The notes under the pieces were generated by a model, which was not told where the DNA came from, made no database searches, and was given only the letters and a program-made list of their open reading frames with translations. From an uncultured Gemmatimonadales bacterium (lineage in GTDB: Bacteria; Gemmatimonadota; Gemmatimonadetes; Longimicrobiales; Gaopeijiaceae), in the NCBI GenBank assembly GCA_963809895.1, contig CAWELD010000003.1, positions 672,001 through 736,000 on the forward strand: 64,000 nucleotides of DNA, read 5' to 3'. The translations under genes and the position numbers were made by a program. Position 1 is the first letter of the stretch. Every line of letters starts with the position of its first letter. Of the stretch, positions 56,407 to 64,000 are shown piece after piece.

Positions 56407-58692
56407 ATGAAGCGGGGTCTTCTCGTGACGGTCCTGTGGCTGTCGGGGCTGAACGTGGTCGCGGCGCCATCGCTCGGCGCTCAGGCCACCGACGACGCCT
56501 ACCTGGATCCCGCTGCCCGGGAGCTCTACCAGTCGGCCGCGGCCAACTGGCAGGATATCGACGAGTCCGTGGTGCGCTACACGGCGCTCATCCGGCAGCG
56601 CATCGCCGCGCGCCTGCGCACGCCGCTCAAGGACCGCACCCTCTACCGGAACGAATCCGCGGCCCGGGTCATGTGGGATCGTGACCACCCACCGCTGGTT
56701 CAGGTGCTGGGCGCCCGCGCCCAGTATCCCGGACGGGAGATCGCCAAGAACGAGGGCGACCTGGACCTGCTGGACGACCTCACCATCGACGGCGCCTTCG
56801 ATCCCGGCGGTGACAAGCTCATCTTCGGGGTGAACGACGAGGACGGCGACGCCACCAATCCCGACAGCAACGACTTCTGGTTCGCACATCCCCTCGCTCC
56901 GGGAGCCGACACCCTCTACCAGTTCCGCTCCGGCGACACCCTCACGCTCACCCTCCCCGATGGCCGCACGCTGACCACGGTGCGGTTGGACGTGCTGCCC
57001 CGCGTCGCCGACGTGCACCGCCTGTCGGGGACGCTCTGGATCGAGCCCGAGACGGGCGCTCTGGTGCGGGCCGTGTATCGCCTCGCCAGCCAGCTCGACG
57101 TGATGCGGGACATCCCGGACGTGAAGGAGGAGGACGAGGACGGGGAGTTCAAGTACGTTCCGGGACTTCTGAAGCCGTGGACGCTGGACCTCAACCTGGT
57201 GGCCGTCGACTACACCCTGTGGAACTTCCGGGTGTGGCTGCCCCGGTCCATGCGCCTCGAGGGCGAAGTGGCGGCGGGCATCCTGAAGATGCCCGTGTCC
57301 TTCGACCTGGCCTACCGCATGGAGACCGTGGTCACGGAAGACGACCTGGCGGACCTGGCCGACGCGGTGCCCGTTCAGGACGAGGTCCACTTCAGGACCC
57401 GCTCCGAGGCCATGGCGTACATGGCCGAGCTCGCGAGCCGTCAGGGCGTGGCCTACGAGCGCTACACCCAGGGCCGCTCGCCCAGCTCCGGGCGCAGCTC
57501 CCGGTTCCTCGTGCCCCAGGATCCCTCCGTGCTGGAGGACAGCCCGGATCTGCCGCCGCCCATCTGGGACGACGCGCCGGGCTTCCAGTCCGAGGAAGAG
57601 CTGTCGGACCTGTTCGGCACCCTCGCCGATCTGCCGCAGCCGGCGATCCAGGGCATCCCCTGGGCCGCCAACTGGGGCTGGCAGCGGCCCGATCTGATCC
57701 GTTACAACCGGGTGGAGGGACCGTCGGTGGGCGGACGCTTCCAGGCCCGACTGGGCAGCTTCGCGGGCCCGCTTTCGTTCGAGGCCACCGGGTTCTTCGG
57801 GCTGGCCGACCTGGAGCCCAAGGCCCGTCTCTCCCTGGAGCGTGAATCGCTCCGTAGCCGGGTGGCGCTGGCCGGGTACCGCGACCTGCGCACCATGGAT
57901 CCACAGGGACGGTACCTGGGATTCGGGAACTCGCTGAACGCGCTGCTCTTCGGGCGCGACGACGGCGAATACTACCTGGCCACGGGGGCCGAACTCTCCA
58001 TCGCCCCGCCTTCGGCGCGCCGGGACAGCTGGCGCATTCGCCTGTACGCCGAGCGTCAGGACGCCGCCGACGTGCACACCAACTTCTCGCTGGCCCACGC
58101 CTTCGACAGTGGCTGGCGCTTCCGGGACAACCTGGAGGCCGACCTGCTGGAAGAGGCGGGGGCGCAGTTGAGCGTGTCGCCGTGGTGGGGTACCGATCCC
58201 CTCCTGCCCCAGTTCGGATTCGAGCTCGGCGTGCAGGGCGCGGCCACCCGTGACGTGGATACCTCCGACACCGGCGACTACGCCCGAGCCCGCCTCGTCC
58301 TGCGGTCGGCGCTGCCGCTGGCGCAGGGCCGCTGGCGCGTGGGTCTCGAGGCCGGTGGCGGAACCTCGTGGGGCGACGTGCCGGTGCAGCGACAGTGGGT
58401 GCTGGGAGGACCGCTCACGCTGCGCGGGTACGGGGCGACCAGCGCCGTCGGCACCACCTACGGACGGGCCCGCATGGAGGTGGCGCGGGTGTTCCCGGCA
58501 TGGACCCTCACGCTCTTCGGAGACGGCGGTTGGGCGGGAGACCGGAGCGAGTACGCGCCCGACGACGTGCTCTGGGGCGTCGGCGCCGGGGCGAGCCTCC
58601 TGGATGGGCTGATCCGCTTCGACATCTCCCGGGGACTCACCGGGCCCCTGCGCGACACGCGGGTCGATCTCTACCTCGACGCCATCCTCTGA
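56407..58692 (+). CDS. Putative outer-membrane beta-barrel protein
   Basis: Signal peptide, RYNRVEG motif, alternating beta-strands, LRGY, C-terminal RVDLYLDAIL. Confidence 0.65.
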   Translation: MKRGLLVTVLWLSGLNVVAAPSLGAQATDDAYLDPAARELYQSAAANWQDIDESVVRYTALIRQRIAARLRTPLKDRTLYRNESAARVMWDRDHPPLVQVLGARAQYPGREIAKNEGDLDLLDDLTIDGAFDPGGDKLIFGVNDEDGDATNPDSNDFWFAHPLAPGADTLYQFRSGDTLTLTLPDGRTLTTVRLDVLPRVADVHRLSGTLWIEPETGALVRAVYRLASQLDVMRDIPDVKEEDEDGEFKYVPGLLKPWTLDLNLVAVDYTLWNFRVWLPRSMRLEGEVAAGILKMPVSFDLAYRMETVVTEDDLADLADAVPVQDEVHFRTRSEAMAYMAELASRQGVAYERYTQGRSPSSGRSSRFLVPQDPSVLEDSPDLPPPIWDDAPGFQSEEELSDLFGTLADLPQPAIQGIPWAANWGWQRPDLIRYNRVEGPSVGGRFQARLGSFAGPLSFEATGFFGLADLEPKARLSLERESLRSRVALAGYRDLRTMDPQGRYLGFGNSLNALLFGRDDGEYYLATGAELSIAPPSARRDSWRIRLYAERQDAADVHTNFSLAHAFDSGWRFRDNLEADLLEEAGAQLSVSPWWGTDPLLPQFGFELGVQGAATRDVDTSDTGDYARARLVLRSALPLAQGRWRVGLEAGGGTSWGDVPVQRQWVLGGPLTLRGYGATSAVGTTYGRARMEVARVFPAWTLTLFGDGGWAGDRSEYAPDDVLWGVGAGASLLDGLIRFDISRGLTGPLRDTRVDLYLDAIL

Positions 58693-58801
58693 GCGCGGGT
58701 CGCGGCCACGGCCCGCGACTGGCGGCGCGACGCTCGCCGGGGCATGATGGGGCGCGGTCGCCGGAGCCTCCGGCGGCGCCCACCAGCCCCTGATCCGTAC
58801 C

Positions 58802-61459
58802 ATGCCGTCGTACCACTCCGCCGTCGCCCCGTCGGCCGTCCTCCTCGCCTGTCTGGTCGTGCTGTCGTGCGAGCCGGCCCCCGGGCCTTCCGACACGTCC
58901 ATGGGCGTCTCCCAGGCCCTGGCGTCGCAGCGCGACAGCACGCTCGCCGAGGTGTCCTACAGCGTGCGGCTCCGCATTCCCGAGGCCCGCTCGGAGCCGC
59001 TCACGGGCACCACGGCCATCTCGTTTCGGTGGGACGACCCCGCGGGGCGCGATGTCGTGGTCGACTTCAAGGATCCGGACCCGCGGGTGCACGCCGTGCG
59101 CGCCAACGGCCACGACGCTCCGTGGAGGGCCGAACAGGATCACGTCGTGGTGCCCGCGGCCAGCCTGGCGCCCGGTGGAGACAACGTCGTGGAGATCGAC
59201 TACGACGCCGGCGACGACGCCCTCAACCGCTCCGACGATTTCCTGTACACGCTGTTCGTGCCCGACCGGGCGCACTTCTCCATGCCCGTCTTCGACCAGC
59301 CGAACCTCAAGGCCCGCCTGACGCTGGAGCTCACCGTGCCCGAGGGATGGTCCGCCGTCGCCAACGGACCCGAGGTGGGGCAGGGGGAGACCGCCGCCGA
59401 CGGAGCCACCGTCCACCGCTACCGGGAGACGCGGCCGCTGCCGACGTACCTGTTCGCTTTCGCCGCGGGCCGCTTCCAGGTGGAGGAGGCGGAGCGCAGC
59501 GGACGCACCCTGCGCATGTACCACCGGGAGACGGACCGGGACAAGGTGGCGCGCAACCGCGAAGCCGTCTTCGATCTGGTGGACCGGGCGCTGGGCTTCA
59601 TGGAGGACTACACGGGGATCCCGTTTCCCTTCGCCAAGTACGAGTTCGCCCTGATCCCACCCTTCCAGTACAGCGGGATGGAGCACCCGGGGGCCGTGTT
59701 CTACCGGCAGTCCTCGATCCTCCTGGACGAATCCGCGACCCAGGGCCAGATCCTCGGTCGGGCGAGCCTCATCGCCCACGAGACGGCGCATCAATGGTTC
59801 GGTGACCTGGTCACCATGGACTGGTTCGACGACGTCTGGATGAAGGAGGTCTTCGCCAACTTCATGGCGGCCAAGATCGTTCACCCCTCGTTCCCGGAGG
59901 TGGACCACGATCTGCGTTTCCTCCTGGCCCATCACCCCACGGCGTACGCGGTGGACCGGACCCCGGGCACGAACCCGATCCGCCAGCCCCTGGACAATCT
60001 GCGTGAGGCGGGATCGCTGTACGGGCCGATCATCTATCAGAAGGCCCCCATCGTCATGCGCCAGCTGGAAGCGCGCGTGGGGGAGGACACCTTCCGGGAC
60101 GGGGTCCGGGAATACCTCCGCCGCTTCGCCTACCGCAACGCGACCTGGCCCGACCTGATCGGAATCCTGGACCAGCGCGTGCCCGAGGACCTGGCGGCCT
60201 GGAGCCACGTCTGGGTCGAGGAGCCCGGCCGCCCGACGGTGCGGGTGCAGCTGGACGAGGACGGCGGCACCGTGCGGGCGCTGCGGATCCGGCAGGAGGA
60301 TCCCTGGGGACTGGGGCGCGTGTGGCCCCAGACCCTCCACCTGGTGGCGGCCTACGGGGATTCCCTGGTGCGCGACACCGTCGAGTTGGACGGACCCGAG
60401 CTCGAGCTGGCGGAGTGGGCGGGCCGGCCGGCCCCCGATTGGATCCTGCCCAACGGTGGAGGTCTGGAGTACGGGCTGTTCGTGCCCGACACGGCGTCCC
60501 TGCTGGCGCTGGAAGGCTCGGTGGGGAGCCTGCGGCCCGACCTGATCCGGGGGTCGGCGTGGCTGACGATGCAGGACGCGCTCCTGGAGGGTCGCGTGCC
60601 GCCTGAGCGCATGCTCGACCTGGCCCTGGCCGACCTGGAGCACGAGAACGACGAGCAGCTCACCCAGTACCTCCTGGGCATGGTGCGGCAGGTCTACTGG
60701 CGCCTCCTGAGCGACTCCACGCGGCGGACAAGGGCACCGGGCGTGGAGGCGGCGCTGTGGAGCGGGGTGGAGCGGGCCCCGTCGTCGAGCCTGCGAGCCG
60801 CGTGGTTCGGCGCGTATCGCTCCATGGCGCTCACGGAACCGGCGGTGGCCCGGCTCCGCCGAATCTGGCGCGGCGACGAGACCGTGCCGGGACTCACGCT
60901 CGCGGAGTCCGATCGCACCGAGCTCGCCTCGGAGCTGGCGCTCCGCCAGGTGCCCGATGCCGAGGCCATCCTGGACGCCCAGGCGGCGGGGATCGAGAAT
61001 CCGGACCGGCGCGCCCGCTTCGACTTCGTCCGTCCGTCGCTGTCGGCGGATCCGGCGGTCCGGGAGAGCTTCTTCGAGAGCCTCCGCGATCCGGCCAATC
61101 GCGAGCGTGAGCCCTGGGTCCTGGACGGGCTGGCCAACCTGAACCACCCGCTGCGTCGGGAGCACGCCCAGCGGTTGGTCGAGCCCGCCCTGGAGCTGGT
61201 GGAGGAGATCCAGCGCACGGGCGACATCTTCTTTCCGGGTCGCTGGCTGGACGCAACGCTCGACGGCCACAATCGTCCCGGGGTGGTGCGCACCGTGGCC
61301 GCCTTCCTCGAGGCGCGGCCCGACTACCCCTTCCGACTGCGGGGCAAGATCCTGCAGTCGGCGGACGGGGTGGAACGCGCCGCCCGCATCGTCTACGGAG
61401 ATTCCGTTCCATCGCTGGCCTCACTCCGTACCCCCGTTGAGGGGGAGGGCGGAGGCTGA
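58802..61459 (+). CDS. M1 family aminopeptidase (lipoprotein)
   Basis: Lipobox VLSC; SGMEH, HETAH-x18-E, IYQKA. Confidence 0.92.
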   Translation: MPSYHSAVAPSAVLLACLVVLSCEPAPGPSDTSMGVSQALASQRDSTLAEVSYSVRLRIPEARSEPLTGTTAISFRWDDPAGRDVVVDFKDPDPRVHAVRANGHDAPWRAEQDHVVVPAASLAPGGDNVVEIDYDAGDDALNRSDDFLYTLFVPDRAHFSMPVFDQPNLKARLTLELTVPEGWSAVANGPEVGQGETAADGATVHRYRETRPLPTYLFAFAAGRFQVEEAERSGRTLRMYHRETDRDKVARNREAVFDLVDRALGFMEDYTGIPFPFAKYEFALIPPFQYSGMEHPGAVFYRQSSILLDESATQGQILGRASLIAHETAHQWFGDLVTMDWFDDVWMKEVFANFMAAKIVHPSFPEVDHDLRFLLAHHPTAYAVDRTPGTNPIRQPLDNLREAGSLYGPIIYQKAPIVMRQLEARVGEDTFRDGVREYLRRFAYRNATWPDLIGILDQRVPEDLAAWSHVWVEEPGRPTVRVQLDEDGGTVRALRIRQEDPWGLGRVWPQTLHLVAAYGDSLVRDTVELDGPELELAEWAGRPAPDWILPNGGGLEYGLFVPDTASLLALEGSVGSLRPDLIRGSAWLTMQDALLEGRVPPERMLDLALADLEHENDEQLTQYLLGMVRQVYWRLLSDSTRRTRAPGVEAALWSGVERAPSSSLRAAWFGAYRSMALTEPAVARLRRIWRGDETVPGLTLAESDRTELASELALRQVPDAEAILDAQAAGIENPDRRARFDFVRPSLSADPAVRESFFESLRDPANREREPWVLDGLANLNHPLRREHAQRLVEPALELVEEIQRTGDIFFPGRWLDATLDGHNRPGVVRTVAAFLEARPDYPFRLRGKILQSADGVERAARIVYGDSVPSLASLRTPVEGEGGG

Positions 61460-61521
61460 CAGAATAGGGCTCGGTCGCGCGGTGGCGCGCCGGTACCGCC
61501 CTCGAACACGAGAGACCGCCG

Positions 61522-63564
61522 ATGGCGTCCGTGACATCGTCCGAGTGGATGCGCAGGCTGAGCGGGGTGACCCTCCTCATGACCGGGCTGATCGCGGCCG
61601 GGTGCGGAACGCCCGATGCCTTCCCGCGGCACGAGGCGGAGGCGCCCCGCCACCGCCCGGCGGATGGACTGCTCCAGCGTCCCGCGTTGCAGCTCCTGGT
61701 CCAGGCGGGCCTCCATCGCGACCGCGAAGCGCTGGTGCAGGGGCTTCAGGATCCCGATCCGCTGGTGCGCGCCCGCGCCGCCTTCGAGCTCGGGTCCGTA
61801 CAGGACAGCGCCGCCGTGGAAGGGCTCGACGAGGCCCTGGCCGACCCTGATCCGCGCGTTCGGGCCGATGTCGCCTTCGCCCTGGGCCAGACCCCCGGAG
61901 GGGCCGGGGGGGCGTTGACCGATGCCCTGGACCGCGAGGGCGATCCCGACGTGCGCCGGGCCCTGGTGGAGGCGCTGGGCAAGCGGGGTGACGAGGCCGG
62001 GCTGACGGCGCTCCTCGCGCTCTCCGACGACGACCTCCTGCCCGACGCCACCCTGGCGCTCAGCCGGGGGGTCATCCGGGGCGTCACGCCGCCCGGAGTC
62101 GTGGATACGCTGGTCATGCGCATGGCACACCCGGATCCGGCGGTGCGGCAGGCGGCGACCTACTTCATGGCCCGCAGCCGGGATCCCGGAGTCTGGTATC
62201 CGCACCGGCTGGACATCCGCCGCACGCTGGCCTCGTACGACCGCTCCGATCCCGCGGCCATGTACATCCTGCAGGGCTTCGGACGGGCCATGAGCCTGTT
62301 CAACCTTCCCACGGTCATCGACTGGCTGCGGACGTCGCCGGACTGGCGGATCCGGGCCAATGCCGCCGGCGCGTTGGCCGGCTCGGGCGAATTGCCCGGA
62401 CCCGGAGCCACGGCCCTCGTGCGGGCGCTGGACGACCTGTCGCCCCACGTGCGCAAGGTGGCGGCGACGGGCCTCACCAACGCGCCCCCCATGCCGGGGA
62501 CCCTGCAGGGGATCCTCACCTGGGTTCGGACCCATCCGGACGATCACGCCACCACGCTGCCCCTGCTCTCGATCCTGGCCCAGACCGGTCACGAGGAGCT
62601 CGTGCTGGACCGGGTCCGGATGATTCCGGAACACGAGGAGACGGAGTGGATCCAGGCGATCCAGGCCCTGGGGTATCTGCCCGGGGCGACGGTGATCGAC
62701 GAGCTGGGTGACATCGCGGTCTCCCGGCCCCCCAGGGTGCAGGCGGCCGCGGCCCGGTCGCTGGCCGACCGCTGGGCCATCGCCCGCGACGTTCCGGCCA
62801 CGCACTCGACCTTCCGGGAAGTGATGGCACGCGTGGCCCGGCGGGGAAGTCCGCGGGCCGCCGTGGCCGCGGCCGAGGTGCTGGCGGATCCGGCGCTTGC
62901 CGGCGAGGGCACCGCCGCCGACCTCACGGCCCTCTGGCGGCGCATGCGACCCGGCCAGGCACGGGACTCCCTGGCCCGCATCCTCGCCGTCTCCGCCGAT
63001 CCCGCGCTGCGTGCTCTCGTGGCCGATGCGGTCCCGGACACGGCCCGCGACGAGCGCGACGCCCAAGGGCAGGGGGGCGGTGGACGGGCCTTCCTGCCGC
63101 TGGACTGGGAGCGGCTGCGGAGCCTCGGCGCGCACCCGCGTCTGATCCTGGTCACGGAGCGCGGAACCATCTCCCTGACCCTGAGCACGGAGGAGGCTCC
63201 GGAGACGGTCCTGGGCGTCGCCAAGCTGGCCGACGAAGGACGCTACGACGGCGTGCCCTTTCACCGGGTGGTGGCCAATTTCGTCATCCAGGGAGGAGAC
63301 GTCTCGACGGGGAACGGCACCGGAGGGCCCGACTTCACCTTGCGCTCGGAGCTGACGCGCATCCCCTTCCTGCGCGGCGTCGTGGGCATGGCGTCGGCGG
63401 GCAAGGACACCGAGGGCTCCCAGTACTTCATCACGCACTCCATGCAGCCGCACCTGGACGGTGGCTACACCGCCTTCGGGTGGGTGACGCGTGGCATGGA
63501 CGTGGTGGACCGCATCATGCCCGGCGATCGTGTGCTCCACGCGAGGATCCTGCCCGGGCCGTGA
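61522..63564 (+). CDS. HEAT-repeat + cyclophilin peptidyl-prolyl isomerase (lipoprotein)
   Basis: Lipobox AAGC; DPDPLVRARAAF-type HEAT repeats; FHRVVANFVIQGGD, GKDTEGSQYFI, HLDGGYTAFG. Confidence 0.9.
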   Translation: MASVTSSEWMRRLSGVTLLMTGLIAAGCGTPDAFPRHEAEAPRHRPADGLLQRPALQLLVQAGLHRDREALVQGLQDPDPLVRARAAFELGSVQDSAAVEGLDEALADPDPRVRADVAFALGQTPGGAGGALTDALDREGDPDVRRALVEALGKRGDEAGLTALLALSDDDLLPDATLALSRGVIRGVTPPGVVDTLVMRMAHPDPAVRQAATYFMARSRDPGVWYPHRLDIRRTLASYDRSDPAAMYILQGFGRAMSLFNLPTVIDWLRTSPDWRIRANAAGALAGSGELPGPGATALVRALDDLSPHVRKVAATGLTNAPPMPGTLQGILTWVRTHPDDHATTLPLLSILAQTGHEELVLDRVRMIPEHEETEWIQAIQALGYLPGATVIDELGDIAVSRPPRVQAAAARSLADRWAIARDVPATHSTFREVMARVARRGSPRAAVAAAEVLADPALAGEGTAADLTALWRRMRPGQARDSLARILAVSADPALRALVADAVPDTARDERDAQGQGGGGRAFLPLDWERLRSLGAHPRLILVTERGTISLTLSTEEAPETVLGVAKLADEGRYDGVPFHRVVANFVIQGGDVSTGNGTGGPDFTLRSELTRIPFLRGVVGMASAGKDTEGSQYFITHSMQPHLDGGYTAFGWVTRGMDVVDRIMPGDRVLHARILPGP

Positions 63565-64000
63565 GCCGCTTCCCGCTGGGCCTGCGCTTCATGGCGGCGG
63601 GGGCCTTCTTCTTCTCTCTCATGAGCGCCCTGGTCAAGGTGGGCGGTGAGCGCTTTCCCACCATGGAGCTCGTGCTGGCCCGTTCGGTGGTGGTGCTGGC
63701 CCTCAGCAGCGCCGCCTTGTGGCGCTCGGGCACCGGCTTCGTCGGAAGGGAGCGGGGTCTGCTCGTGCTGCGCGGACTGCTGGGATTCACCGCGCTGTCC
63801 GGCTTCTACTACGGCGTGGTCCATCTGCCGCTGGCCGAAGCCACGGTCATCCAGTACACGAATCCGGTGTGGACCGCGCTCATCGCCGCCGCGGTCCTGG
63901 GAGAGTGGATCGGCGGCGCCCAGGTGGCGCTGGCGCTGGCGAGCCTCGCCGGGGTGGTGATGGTCGCCCGACCCGCGGCGCTTCTGGGCGTGGCCTCGGG
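63561..64000 (+). CDS. DMT/EamA family transporter (3'-truncated)
   Basis: GTGA overlap; FSLMSALVK, LVLRGLLG, LPLAEATVIQYTNPVW...LGE. Confidence 0.85.
   Translation, partial: MSRFPLGLRFMAAGAFFFSLMSALVKVGGERFPTMELVLARSVVVLALSSAALWRSGTGFVGRERGLLVLRGLLGFTALSGFYYGVVHLPLAEATVIQYTNPVWTALIAAAVLGEWIGGAQVALALASLAGVVMVARPAALLGVAS

Noticed and set aside
1..64000. Many long antisense or alternative-frame ORFs (e.g. 499-2472-, 22521-25373-, 51682-54417+, 56041-58941-)
   Set aside because: Shadow ORFs of high-GC codon bias opposite well-supported genes; they lack family motifs.
1..64000. CRISPR array, IS element, integrase, prophage or defence system
   Set aside because: No regularly spaced repeats or hallmark genes were seen on either strand.

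Overview
High-GC bacterial window. Gene style suggests Gemmatimonadota/Longimicrobiales, but this is an inference. It has four parts. (1) 1-9.4 kb: housekeeping genes scpA-scpB-rluB-SDR-like-upp and a tandem TrkA-TrkH-KtrB-KtrA K+ uptake operon, carrying about ten single-base frameshifts that are probably read errors. (2) 9.6-15.4 kb: a GGQ-less aeRF1/baeRF (Balon-like) protein, a C39-like peptidase + RimK/RLAN ATP-grasp + RMD1 operon, and an S10 carboxypeptidase. (3) ~15.4-43.7 kb: a stress/dormancy-type block ending at the 3' end of tRNA-Ile2(CAT). It holds a sigma54 enhancer-binding response regulator with a divergent GAF/PAS histidine kinase, cell-wall enzymes, Hsp20, cardiolipin synthase, a BON-CBS-PRTase-PEBP-hydrolase operon, a USP, a 2805-aa cyclic beta-1,2-glucan synthase, a ferric-reductase/NOX-like protein and a cytochrome c. 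(4) 43.9-64 kb: peptidases, transporters, ArfB, Csp and envelope proteins. Most notable: four sigma54 -24/-12 promoters, each paired with a shared 15-bp palindromic enhancer-like motif, outline a local regulon. One of them drives an unannotated, highly structured ~260-nt candidate ncRNA at ~21013-21274. No CRISPR array, integrase or transposase was seen.
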